Of a stretch of 64,000 nucleotides of DNA, positions 1 through 13,100 are shown piece by piece. The notes beneath the pieces are model-generated. The model was not told the DNA's origin and searched no databases. It worked only from the letters and a program-made list of their open reading frames with translations. Source of the DNA: Mustelus asterias (lineage: Eukaryota); NCBI RefSeq assembly GCF_964213995.1, contig NC_135804.1, positions 58,776,001 through 58,840,000 on the forward strand. Direction: 5' to 3'. The translations under genes were made by a program, and so were the position numbers. Every line of letters begins with the position of its first letter. The stretch's first letter is position 1.

Positions 1-321
1 TTGGACTCATATAGTTGTTTCAGTGATTGTTCACCATATGATGACATCAACAAGTTCCATCCCACCATCAGACTCACCATGGACTACTCTCCAGAATCAG
101 TTGCATTCTTGGACACACACATCGCTAAGGATGGTCACCTCAGCACCTCACTGTACCGCAAGCCCACGGATAACCTCACGATGCTCCACTTCTCCAGCTT
201 CCACCCTAAACATGTTAAAGAAGCCACCCACTACGGACAAGCCCTCCGTATACACAGGATCTGCTTGGATGAGGAGGATCGCAACAGCCCCCTCCAGACG
301 CTGAAAGATGCCCTCCTAAAA

Positions 322-660
322 GGGTGGCACGGTAGCACAGTGGTTAGAACTGCTGCTTCACAGTTCCAGGGACATGTGTTTGATTCCCGGCTTGGGTCAC
401 TCTGTGTGGAGTTTGCACATTCTCCTTGTGTCTCCGTGGGTTTCCTCCAGGTGCTCCGGTTTCCTCCCACAGTCCAAAGATGTGCGGGTTAGGTTGATTG
501 GCCATGCTAGAATTGCCCCTTAGTGTGTCCTGGGATGCGTAGATTAGAGGGATTAGCAGGTAAAATATGTAGGGATATGGGGGTGGGGCTGAGGTGGGAT
601 TGTGGTCGGTGCAGACTCGATGGGCTGAATGGCCTCTCTCTGTACTGTAGGGTTTCTATG
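322..660 (+). mobile_element. HE1-type (V-SINE, tRNA-derived) shark SINE inserted in the Penelope ORF
   Basis: tRNA-like head GGCACGGTAGCACAGTGGTTAG, V-domain GGGTTTCCTCC.GGTGCTCCGGTTTCCTCCCACAGTCCAAAGA, CR1-like tail ending TTCTATG. Confidence 0.9.
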
Positions 661-1588
661 ACTAAGAACAGGATATGGCGCTCGACTCATCGATCTACAG
701 TTCCGATGCGCCACAGCGAAAAACCGCACCGACATCCTCAGAAGACGAACACGGGACACAGTGGACAGAGTACCCTTTGTCGTCCAGTACTTCCCTGGAG
801 CAGAGAAGCTACGGCATCTTCTCCAGAGCCTTCATGTCATTGCTGAAGACTAACATCTCGCCAAGGCCACACCCCGACTTCTTGCCTTCAAACAACCGCA
901 CAACCTCAAACAGACCATTGTCCGCAGCAAACTACCCAGTCTTCAGGAGAACAGTGACCACGACACCACACAACCCTGCCACAGCAACCTCTGCAAGACG
1001 TGCTGGATCATCGACACGGATGCCGTCATCTCACGTGAGAACATCATCTACCAGGTACACGGTACCTACTCTTGCAACTCTGCCAACGTTGTCTACCTGA
1101 TATGCTGAAGGAAAGGATGTAAATTGGGGAAACCATGCAGATGCTACGACAACGGATAAATGAACACTGCTCGACAATCACCAGGCAAGACTGTTCTCTT
1201 CCTGTGGGGGAGCACTTCAGCGGTCACTGGCATTCAGCCTCTGATCTTCGGGTAAGCGTTCTCCAAGGCTGCCTTCACGACAGCGCAGAGTCGCTGAGCA
1301 GAAACTGATAGCCAAGTTCCGCACACATGAGGATGACCTAAACCGGGATGTTGGGTTTATGTCACACTATCAGTAACCCCCACAGCTTGCCTGCTGGACT
1401 TGCAGAATCTCACTGGCTGTCCTGTCTGGAGACTATACACATCTCTTTAACCTGTACTTAATGCTCCTTCCACTCACATTGTCTGTATCTTTTAAGACCT
1501 GGTTGGTTGTAGAGATTCGCATTTTAATCCGTATTCTGTAACTTGATTTTGTGTCTCTGTATACCCTGTTTGAGAGCAGATATCCACT

Positions 1589-1625
1589 CCATCTAACGGA
1601 GGAGCAGCGCTCCGAAAGCTAATGG
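1589..1625 (+). ncRNA. Degenerate minimal hammerhead ribozyme in Penelope tail
   Basis: CCAT-CTAACGG-A-GGAGC-AGC-GCTCC-GAAA-GC-TA-ATGG. Stems are intact but the core CUGANGA is mutated. Confidence 0.6.
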
Positions 1626-3944
1626 CATTTGCTACCAAATAAACCTGTTCTACTTTAACCTGGTGTTAAAACTCTTGTTGTGTTTACCCCAGTCCAACGC
1701 TGGCATCTCCACATCATCATGACTGCCTTCAAGTCTGACTCCAGGAGTTGCTGGTCAAGGAATGTTGCTAAATAAGTTGAGTAACTTGTGAATCCTTAAT
1801 GTACACCAACGGTAGACAGTAAGAGCAGGAGAAATTTCCATCACATGGTCAGCCATGTGATGGAAATTTATTGAAGCCTCTACCATCACTATCCGTAGTC
1901 TTGGGGTACAACATAATGTAATGGTGTGTTACTAGAGCAACTGACTCCTTGGAGGGTAAAATTGCTGGTGTCTATCAGACTGGTACCAATAGTCTGGGGG
2001 TTAATCCAACTGGAGTGGATTGGGACCTGCCTCCTGGCTGTGAGATCCGAGTGCTGTAGGTTAGACCTGCCTTCAGGCAGAGTAGAGGAATCGAATACCC
2101 TGGGTCTACAGCTATAAAAAGCTCAATCTTGGAATGTTTTTAGATTCTCGACTTCTCTCTCTTTGTCATGTTTACTTCTGCATACTCTACATGTTTGTCT
2201 TGCTGTTTAGATTTTGATGTTTTCTTGAAGTCAGCGAGCTGCAGAGTGGCGTAAGTCAGCTTGTTATCTCCGCTTTGTTTAGTCTGTGAAAGCAATATTT
2301 AATACCTGTTAACTTGTCAGCTCATTACTTGAGGCAATCAGATTTTTAAAAAGGCTGTAATGAAGTTTTCTCTAATTTCAAGTCACAGTTAATAAGAACA
2401 CCACAGTCCATCAAGTTTTAAAGAGCTCTCTTTGGAGCAATTTAGTCCCCTTTTATGCTGACGAAAAGTGGCCATCCAATTTCCTTTTGAAATTATGGGT
2501 CTCTGCTTCCCTCTATCCCTGGCAGCCCACAAACCGATCTGCAACCTGTTTTTAACCCCTACCCCCTCCCCCAACATCCCTTGCCCAAAAACCTCATTCT
2601 TATACCATCAGCTAATGGGAACACCACAATGAATCTCTGCTCCAAGGAGAGCAACACCAGCTTTTTCGTGCCGAGAACCATTGTTACATTTCCTCTTTAG
2701 GGCCCACACATACTAATGTGCGCTGACCTGAGCAGGCTGCAAAATCTGTGGCCTAACCAAAACTTTATAAAGCTTGAATATTAGAACCATGGAATCCATC
2801 AAGTGTGCATTGACTATCCAGGCCCACTAACCCTGTGCCTTTAGTATATCTAACCTACACAATCTACTTTTCATGTTTTACTCACCATTCCCTTACTATG
2901 TCCTGCACTACCACCTTCAAAGATTGATGCACGTAGACTCCCAGTTCCCTCTGTTCTGCACACTCTTTAGAACTGCGCCAGTACATCGATGATGTTTATC
3001 CTTATCCCTTCTGCCAAAGTCCAGCACCTTGTGTTTTTAGATTGCATTTTGCCACTTATCTGCCTATTCTGCAAGTTTATGTCCTGATGCAGCCCATTAC
3101 AACTCCTCCTTTGTTAGCTCCTCCAAGTTTGGTGTCATTGACAATTGTTTGTATTGGTTTTATTTTGAGTCTCTCTCCTCTTCAAAGTCCTCCCCCAAAT
3201 TGTGTTGGTATTCTGTTTCAATCTTCGAGTTCCCCTGCTATTATAACCAATTTAAGACAGCAGATACATACTTCAATTAAAATAACAGACAAATGAATTT
3301 CATACTTGCAGACTGGTGGTTACTTGTATGCTGGGATGATGTGGCTACATATGGGGTCACTTGGCAGGAGTGCAGGTAGACACACAGCATGCTGCTCAGA
3401 GTATTCCATAAACTGTTATTATTGTAATACTTGGTCGCCAGTTATTGGAACCCAGCAAAGAATATTTGACAAGCTAGTGTTACAATTGTGGCTTAAGACT
3501 GAATTTTGCATGAGCCCAGCTAATCTATCTGATCTACTTACCCCTGGGGAAAGGCTCCAAGGTCCTGTTTACCCACTGGCTTCCTCTCCCCTCTTTCCCC
3601 CCCAAATCTCTGGGCCATGAGGCAAATATGAATGTGGCTGAGATCAGTCAACAGAATCAGTTGGTTGATTAAAATGTGGGGCCTTCCCAATTGCTGCAGC
3701 TCAGTGTAGTACCATTTAACACTGAGGGTGTTTCAATTAATGATCTGAGCTGTACCTGGAAATATACAATACTCTTCTCTATCTGTATGGGTTTGCATTT
3801 TTCCTGGTGCTGGTTTCGACAGGGGCGTTGTTAGTTGAGTTTCTTACTTTGTGGTTTAGAACAGAGTCCAGTGTCCTTTTTATATTGCCTCTGATTGCTT
3901 TTTCCAACTAAATCAGTTGGAGAGATGCTGGTGCTTTAGGACTC

Positions 3945-3950
3945 TTTATT
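3945..3950 (-). promoter_or_regulatory. Candidate poly(A) signal of the receptor gene
   Basis: AATAAA on the minus strand about 97 nt after the TGA at 4049-4047; conserved in copy B (58726-58721). Confidence 0.45.
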
Positions 3951-4046
3951 CTGTCCAATAAAGTCAAAACCACACTGTGCAGTTTCAGTAATGATTGTGA
4001 TAACAGTGTTGATCTTGAATGAAAATAGTTTGGGTATTAATTGACC

Positions 4047-4175
4047 TCAGTCCCTTCGTCCTACCTGGGAATAGATGGTGTGCTCTTTCTCATATCTCCG
4101 TTTGGAGGGTCCATTGTCATGTTTCAAGTTTAGACCGGCATAGGCAACAATTTCATTATTTGGTCCTTGTTGAAC
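4047..4175 (-). CDS. Receptor exon 6: cytoplasmic signalling exon with ITIM (VAYAGL) and ITSM (TIYSQV)
   Basis: Acceptor TTTTTTTTTGCAG|GTT, phase 0. Translation VQQGPNNEIVAYAGLNLKHDNGPSKRRYEKEHTIYSQVGRRD*. Confidence 0.88.
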   Translation of the reverse strand, partial: VQQGPNNEIVAYAGLNLKHDNGPSKRRYEKEHTIYSQVGRRD

Positions 4176-7100
4176 CTGCAAAAAAAAATGGAATATTGGT
4201 TGAGAGTCATCTATCAACATTTGGAACTGAGTCTGAGAATGTAAATATGTAGACGGTAACTGATAACATTAGGGTACCATTACACACTATCCACTGATTT
4301 TATCTAATATTTCACAAATTATTTACCCGTATTTACAATTTAGATGATCTTGAGCATCACTAATAACTATCCTATGAACAATACAAACAAATCATTTCCT
4401 CCCCCTTTCTCAATTATCCCCTTTTACTTAATTTGACCTTTTCGACACCTTCCATCCCTCAGTAGAAATCTCCAATTCCACCGCCGAACCCAGAGGTGTA
4501 GTGTGCTGAACAATTCAGGTACCTGCAGCCAATCTGAATCAGCTAAGACACCAGAGGCAGGGATAGAAGCACGTAACAATGTAAGGATTAGGAGTAAAAC
4601 TAGGCCACATGACCCATTGGCATGCTCCACCATTCAATAGGTTAATGGCTGATTTGGTTGAGGTCTCAACTCCACTTTCCTGTTTATCCTCTAAGAAGAA
4701 ATTCCTCATCTTTGTCTTTGAATACTGTGGTAGGGTGGCATTTGTTGTCTCACTCCATTTAAATAGTTTAAATGATATTCTATGTTGAATATCTACGTTG
4801 GAGGAGGCCATTTGGCCCTTGGAGCCTGCTACCCGATTCATCATGATCATGGCTGATCATCCAACTCAGTAGCCTAATCCTACTTTCTCCTCCTAACCTT
4901 TGATCCCATTCACCCCAAGTGCTCTATCTAGCTGCCTCTTGAATACATTCAATGTTTTGGCATCAACTGATTCCTGTGGTAATGAATTCCACAGGCTCAC
5001 CACTCTTTGGGTGAAGAAATGTCTCCTCATCTCTCCTAAATGGTCTATCCTGAATCCTCAGACTGTGACCCCTGGTTCTGGACTCTCCCCACCATCGGGA
5101 ACATCCTCCCTGTGTCTATCTTGTCTAGTCCTGCTACAATTTTATAAGTCTGAGATTCCCCCCCTCATTCATCTGAACTCCAGTGAAAACAATCCTAACC
5201 TAGTTAATGTCTCCTCATACATCAGTCCCTATGTGGCACAAATGAAGATGGAGATTAATCATCTCAGCCCTAGTACACCATTGCAGGACTTTCTCAGGGT
5301 AGTGCCCGAGACCCAATCGCCTTCAGCTGCTTCATCAATGACATTCATTCAATCAAATATGGGTTTGACTGCACAATGTTCAGCACCATTCGCAACTCCT
5401 AACATACTGAAGCAGTCCATGCACAAGTGCAGCAAGACCCAGACAGCATCCAGGTTTTTGGCAAACAAGTGGCAAGTAATATTCATGCCACACAAGTGCC
5501 AGGCAATGACCATCTCCAACAAGAGATGGTCCATTGCCCTTTGACATTTGATGACATTACCGTCACTGAATCCCACACTATCAATATCCATTGACCAGAA
5601 ACTGAACTGGACTAGCCATAAAAATACTGTCACTACTAGAGCAAGATGAAAGTTAAGAATCCTGTGGCGAGTAACTCACTTCCTGACTCCCCAAATCCTG
5701 TCCACCATCTACAAGGCAAAAGTCAGGAGTGTAATGGAATACTCTCCATTTGCCTGGATAAATGCAGCTCCAAAAACACTGAAGAAGCTGGACACCATTC
5801 AGGCCAAAGCAACCCAATTGATTGATACCCTTTCTCAAACTATCTACAAGATGCATTGCAGGCGCACACTGAGGTTCCGAAGGCAGAACCTTCCAAACAC
5901 ACGGCCACTACTGTCCAGAAGGATAAGGTCAGCTGATACCTGCAAACACCATCACCTGTACAAAGAACAAACAAAGAACAGTACAGCACAGGAAACAGGC
6001 CCTTCGGCCCTCCGAGCTTGTGCCACTCATTGGTCCAACTAGACCATTCGTTTATATCCCTCCATTCCCAGTCTGCTCATGTGACTACCCAGGGAAGTCT
6101 TAAACGATGCCAGCGTGTCTGCCTCCACCACCCTACTTGGCAGCGCATTCCAGGCCCCCACCACTCTCTGTGTAAAAAACGTCCCTCTGATATCTGAGTT
6201 ATACCTCGCCCCTCTCACCTTGAGCTCGTGACCCCTCGTGATCGTCACCTCCGACCTGGGAAAAAGCTTCCCACTGTTCACCCTATCTATACCCTTCATA
6301 ATTTTGTACACCTCTATTAGGTCTCCCCTCATTCTCCGTCTTTCCAGGGAGAACAAGCCCAGTTTACCCAATCTTGTAAGTTCCCCTCCAAGTCACTTAC
6401 CATCCTGACTTTGAAATTCATGCTACTCCTTCACTATCCTTGGGTCGAAATCCTGTGATTCCTTTGCTAACAGCACTGTGGGTGCACCTCAGGAACTGCA
6501 GCAGTTCAAGAAGGCAGCTTATCACCACCTTCTCAAGGACAAATAGGGATGGTCAGCAAATGGTAGTTGAAAAAAATTCATTGGTGGGATATGGGTGTCG
6601 CTGGCTGGCCAGCATTTATTGCCCATCCCTAGTTGCCCTTGAGAAGGCGGTGGTGAGCCACGTTCTTAAATCACTGCAGTCCATGTGCTGAGGGTTGACC
6701 CACAATGCCATTGGAGGGAATTCCAGGGTTTTGACCAACCAACTGTGAAGGTACAGCAACAATATATTTCCAAGTCAGGATGGTACGTGCCTTGGAGGGG
6801 AACTTGTAGGTGGTGGTGCTCCCAAGTATCTGCTGCCTTTGTCCTTCTAGATGGAAGTGGTCGTGGGTTTGGAAGGTGCTGTCCAAGAATCATTGGTGAA
6901 TTGCTGCAGTGCATCTTGTAGATAGTACACACTGCTGCTATTGAGCGTCAGTGGCGCAGTGAGTGGATGTTGTCAAGCTTCTTGAATGTTGTTGGAGCTG
7001 TATCCATCCAGACAAGTGGGAAGTATTCCATCACACTCCTGACTTGTGCCTTGTAGATGGTGAATAGTTTTTGGGAAGTCAGGAGGTGAGTTACTTGCCA

Positions 7101-10100
7101 CAGTATTCCTAGCCTTTGACCTGCTCTTGTAGCCACTGTGTTTACGTGGTGGGTCCACTTGAGTTTCTGGTCAATGATCACCCCAAGGATGTTGAGAGTG
7201 GGGAATTCAGTGATGGTAACACCATTGAATATCAAGAGGCGGTGGTTAGCGTGTCTTTTATTGGTGATGGTCATTGCTTGGCATTTGTGTGGTGCAAACG
7301 TTACTTGCCACTTGTCAGCCCAAGCCTGGATATTGTCCAGATCTTGTTGCATTTGAACATGGACTGCTTCAGTATCTGAGGAGTCGTGAATGGTTCTGAA
7401 CATTGTGCAATCATCGGCGAACATTCTGACTTCTGACCTTATGACGGAAGGAAGGTTATTGATGAAGCAGCTGAAGGTAGTTGGGTCTAGGACACTGCCC
7501 TGAAGGACTTCTGCAGAGATGTCCTGGAGCTGAGATGACTGACCTTCCACAACAACAACCATCTTCCTATCTATCAGGTATGACCCCAACCAGCGGAGAG
7601 TTTGCTACTGATACACATTGATTCCAGTTTTGCCAGGACTCCTTGATGCCACACTCATTTGGATGCGGCCTTGATGTCAAGAGCTGTCACTCTCACTTCA
7701 CCTCTGGAATTCAGCTCTTTTGTCCATGTACTCTAGCTAGCGATGCCCAAATCCCATAAATGAATTAAAAATCACATTTTCCCACATTATACATTATCTG
7801 CCAAATTTTGAACCACTCACTTAACCCATTAATGTCCCTTTGCAGACTTTGTGTCCTGCTCAGAACTTGCTTTCCCACCCACTTTTTAGTACCATCAATT
7901 AATTTAGCTTGTTGGCTGCATGCAAATACAATGATTTCTTTTTACTACATTTCCCTACTCTGAGCGTATTTGCTCCTGCACTCTTATGTTTGTATGCTCT
8001 GCTCCTGTCAAATTGTGGCTATCATTACTCATATCTTTAACCTGCCGTCTTGCCTTGTTCTTTCTTTTCAACTCTCAGCACTAGGCACCTTCCTAATACC
8101 TCTGGTTATGATATGAAATGTGTTAACCAAGCAACTGGGCATATAGGAACCTCCTATTTTTGGAACAATTTGAATTATGAAAATGTTATCAGTTGGAAGA
8201 ATATTTCACAATAAATACTAATATTTATCTTGCTCTTACAAATCATAGAATCCCTAAGGTGCACAAAGAGGCCATTCGGCCCATCATGTCTACACTGACT
8301 CTCAACATAGCATCTTTCCCAGGCCCATCCCACACCCTATCCTCATAACCCTACACATTTACCTCACTAATCCCCCTAACCCTACATATCTTGGGATACC
8401 AAGAGGCAATTTAGCATGGCCAATTCACCTAACCAGCACATCTTTGGACTGTGGGAGGTAACCGGACAGGGGGAGAATGTGCAAGCTCCACACATTCACC
8501 CAAGGTTGGAATTGATCCCAGGTCCCTGGTGCTATAAGGCAGCAGGGCTCACCACTGTGCCACCCTTAATAATAAAAGCATGTGGGCAAAAAAAGAATTG
8601 ATGCTAAAACATTATAAACCACTTGTAAGTCCTCATTGGTGTATCATGCCCCATTCTGGGAACAACATTGTTGGGAGTGTTAGAAAGCAGGGGTAGGTTC
8701 AAGTGATCTCAGTCTGTATTGTTGGATATTAGAAATAAGGTATGGATTTAAGTGAGTTTCATTTAATGTTTCTGTGTAAGAAAGGATAAAACTCCGATTA
8801 GATTCTTGTTAAACAAAGGTGCATACATGTATGGGGGTGGGGGGGGGGGGAGTTGTTGGTTTCATTTTAAACTGTTTCTATTGTACTTAGAGAGTTTACA
8901 GCATGAAAAGTAAGCAAGAGCTTGGAGAAAGATTGAGCTTTTGTTTAGCAACTAGGGGCCATCTTTAGGGAAAAAGACCTTGTGTTTTTAATTTAACTGA
9001 ACCCATGGCAGATAGAACTTAGCAGCTGGAGAGACAGCAGCTCACTCAGCTCTGCCAGAAGCAAGACAGTGAAGTAATAGGCAAGAATGCATGTCTCAGA
9101 AACTAAAAAACAGTTAGTTCTAGAAACCAGAGAATGAAAAGAGAGGTCGCAGGAAACTGAGGTTTTGAGAACAAGACTGAAAGAAACTGAACAATTGTAC
9201 TATTTATTGAAGTTAAGGACAGAGCTGAGAAGTACAGACTTAGTGATGTTGCTTAGTGAGAAGCCAAAGGTCTGAAGTAATCATAGGGTTGGTGATATCT
9301 TGTTGCAGCCTGCGAAGCAATAGGTGAAACAATTGTGAAGCAATTGGTGGTTCGATCCCTGAGAGATTGTGTGGAAAACTTGAAAGCACGTGCCTATTCA
9401 AGACAAATGAATTACTGAAAGGATAGTTGGAAATTCTGGAAGTGAATCCTTTCTGGAAACAGTTGAGGGCAAGCATTGTTTGAAAGAAGATTTTAAGGCA
9501 TGCCTTTTCGAGAGTGATGATGTGGAGTTGCTGGCATTGGACTAGTGTAGGCACAATAAGTCGTCTCACAACACCAGGTTAAAGTCCAACAGGTTTACTT
9601 GGTAGCACGAGCTTTCGGAGCTTTTGGAGCACTGCTCCTTCATCAGGTGAGTCTCTCCTGACGAAGGAGCAGCGTTCCGAAAGCTCATGCTACCAAATAA
9701 ACCTGTTGGACTTTAACCTGGTGTTGTGAGACTACTTACTTTCCGAGAGTGGAGTCTAAAAACACTCGTGTGAATGCTGGAGTACAGTGATGTTAGGCTC
9801 ACAGTGTAATAAGCATCTGGGAGATTTGAGGGAAAAAAACATAGAAGTTCGACTGGGTGGCATTTGCCACTGGATTTCAGAGTGGGTGTTTTCTGACCAC
9901 AGTTAGCCTGTTGCATTACAAGGATGGTGTATTTATTGAGAATATTCTAGCCTAAGATGTATTTGCAACCTGTGTCATCCTTAAGATTTTCTGTTGTTAA
10001 CAGCTCATTGACAGTCCTGTGACTCGGTTCATCCATGTTTTCTAAAATAAAATGTAAAAGTTACGGTCTTTTGAGCGAGGATCTATTCTGGGACCTTCCC

Positions 10101-13100
10101 TTCCAGTCGCAACATCAACTGGGATTGTAACAGAAGGATGCAAGGCTTGGGAGCAGTTGTCGAGGAGATTTACTAGAACCGTACTGGAGGGAGGGACTTA
10201 CGTTGGGGAGACTAGAGAACCTATTATTGTTCTCCTCAGAGCAGAGAAAGAGAAAGTGTGTTCAAAATTGGGAGAGATTTTGACGAGTAAATAAGGAGTG
10301 TTTTCAATGATGGTTGGTTCAATGTCCAAGAGACAGAAACTTCGGATCATCAAAATCATCAGAGGTAGATGAGCGTTGTAGTCTGGAATGCACTTCCTGA
10401 AAAAGGCGGGGGGGGGGGGGGGGGCGGGGGGCAGACGCAGATTCCCTTGAATAAACAAAAATGAAGGATCATATGTAATGAGTGGGGAGTTGGACTAATT
10501 GAATAATTATCTCAACTAACTGGCACAAAGAGAATAGCCTCCTCTTGGGGCTGCCCCTTATTTCTTTCGATGCACTTCAGTTCTATGCTCCTAATCTTCA
10601 CCCATGCAGAGGCGGGTGGGCAGGGGGAAGGAGGAGGACCGCCTCTTGGGCCTGGCCAAGTTGGCCGTTAAGAGGTCCAGGCAGCCGGCAGTCGAGTTGG
10701 TCGTCTGCCCCTTCACTGCGGCTACGTTCACAGCAAGCTGGATTTGGAGAGGGAGCAGGCTGTGTCTACTGACACATTTCAGGTCGATGGGCGCCACAGG
10801 GGCTGGGGATGCATGATCATGCCCCGGTACTGACATTTATGGTTCAGTTAGTTAAGGTCTTTTGCCATTTGTTTTAGTTACAATGTCCCACCCGGCGCTA
10901 TCATCCTCTGTCCTTTTGATTAATATCAGACCTTTCGTTCTTTTGTAAGATTTAAAAATATGAATTAACTACTTATCGGATTGATTGCAATATTTATTTC
11001 TATTCCTCCCTAATCCCTCTTTTTGGAGTATAAAAACATTGTCTTCTTACCGCCTCCTCACTCTGACCGGCTTCCACAGAATTTCTTTTAACACCTGGAG
11101 AAAAGAAGAACTTGAGCTTGAGTAACTTTCTGAGTGTCAGCAAAACCAACACCATGCTTTCCATTCTGAACACTTTTACTGTCTAAAGGAAGGAGCCTTG
11201 AAAATTGAAATGTTCCATAGTGATGCTACCCCCCAATGGAGCGCACTGCCTTTAGTGTGATAGTGATAAACATGTGAAAAGAGAGTCGGCAAGCTGTTTT
11301 ATGTCGCTAAATTACAATTGAAATACGACCAGAGGGAGACGTAAAACAGTCTGCCAGTTCCATATCAGCCGTTTTACATTGTCGCAGGAAATAAGAGTGT
11401 TTACACTACAAGGTCCTGATATTTTTAAAAATGCGGAACGTTAAGGAGGTGTACAAATTGAATAAACAGTTCGAATGGGAAGATTGAACATCTGCATTTC
11501 AAAATTGATTTGCGTTGCCATATTCAACTCTCAATCACATAACACTCTTGTGGCATCAAATTCATTCTTTAAAGATGCAGCAAGGTGCTCTTTATTCCCT
11601 ATAATGAAGCAATATTCACCCGCCGTTTAAGTCTTAACAATTTAACTGCACATAACAAAATAAAAGTTTGCGGTGAAATAAGAAAGCTTCTTACCAGCTG
11701 AAGCTTTTAATTTGAGTCTCGTCAAAATAATTATCAACAGTACAACAGCCAATGCGCCGCCTGCACATCCGAAAATGAGCGTAAATTCGATTCCTGAAAC
11801 AGCTACAAGATCAACAAATGATTGAAATAAGAAACTATAGAACACAGCGAGAATTATACACAGTCTTGGGTCTAGCAAGGGAGGGCGCGGTGCAAAGTTG
11901 TCTTTCCTGTAATTGTGTCCATTTACTCTGTGTGGGGACCGACACTTTTATTTCTATAGGCAGTAGCTATAGAAGGATTATAACGTGACCCAAACGACAG
12001 TAACGCGATTTATGGAGGAAACTAATCGAGAAAGGCGCAGGAAGTTTCTCTCTCGACGTGAGGGCTTTTCGGTCAGAGTAAAGGGACTTACATTTGTGCC
12101 ACGCCAGACAGACGCGCACCGGCTACAAAGAGACGCAAAGTTTTTCATTCTTCAGCACTGACAACCAGAGAACACCTACTGTAGCTCTTTGTAGGTATAA
12201 GAACAGCTTGCATTTGTAGGTATAAGAACGGCTTGGGTCATTGTATATGTGGAGTTTGCACATTCTCCTCGTGTCTGCGTGGGTTTCCTCCAGGTGCTCC
12301 TGTTTCCTCCCACTGTCCAAAGATGTGCGGGTTAGGTTGATTGGCCATGCTAAAATTGCCCCTTAGTGTCCTGAGATGCGTAGGTTAGAGGGATTAGCGG
12401 GTAAATATGTAGGGATAAGGGGGTAGGGCCGGGGATTGTGGTCGGTGCAGACTCGATGGGCCAAATGGCCTCTTTCTCCACTGTAGGGCTTCTATGATTC
12501 TAAAGTTAAAGCACTGAAGGAGGCCACTCGGCTCATCTTGTCCATGCCAGCTGTATGGTGCCCTTTCAAATCTCACCTTCCTGCGTCCGGCCCATCGCCC
12601 TGTGGCTTACTTAAGGTGCAGATCCAGGTACTTTAAAAAAAAGAGTTTAGAGTCTCTGCCTCCACCAACTCAGTAAGAAGTCTCACAACACCAGGTTAAA
12701 GTCCAACAGGTTTATTTGGTAGCAAATACCATAAGCTTTCGGAGCACAGCTCCTTCTGAGCCGTTTGTGTAAAAAAAGGCATTCCTCGTGTCTTCTCTCC
12801 ACCTTCTGCCACTTTTATTAAATCTATGACCCCTGGTTCTAGAATTCTCCGTCAAGGGAAACGATTTCATCCTGTCCATTCTATCTCTTCCCCTCATAAT
12901 TGTGTACACCTCTATCAAGTCACTTCTCAGACTTCTTTGTTCCAAGGAAAATAATCTCAACCTATCCAATCTCTCTTCATAGCTACACTTTTCTAGCCCT
13001 GGCGATCTCCCGTTTTAGGTCTTTTCAGGAAAATGTTCTCCCTCCTCCAGCTACAAACTATCTTGATCATTTTAATTCGTTCCCATTGATGTGACATTGA

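Larger units (their letters stand above)
1..1727 (+). mobile_element. Penelope-like retroelement, 3' part (RT C-terminus, GIY-YIG endonuclease, pLTR tail), frameshifted
   Basis: INKFHPTIRLTMDYS..FLDT..LSTSLYRKPTD..LHFSSFHP (PLE RT thumb). CNSANVVYL..IGETMQMLRQRINEH remnant at ~1070-1170. Ends at the right-hand TSD TTCAAGTCTGAC (1728-1739). Confidence 0.9.
1..9211 (+). repeat. Segmental (tandem) duplication, copy A; both ends run off the window
   Basis: Colinear with 54737-64000, including the same Penelope, SINE, CR1 and LTR insertions and the receptor terminal exon. Paired ORFs are near-identical (1926..2117 = 56659..56850; 6948..7589 ~ 61715..62356). Confidence 0.97.

Noticed and set aside
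322-420. tRNA genes (A/B-box sequences here and at other SINE heads, and at 52411-52470)
   Set aside because: All continue into SINE bodies; no complete cloverleaf is evident.
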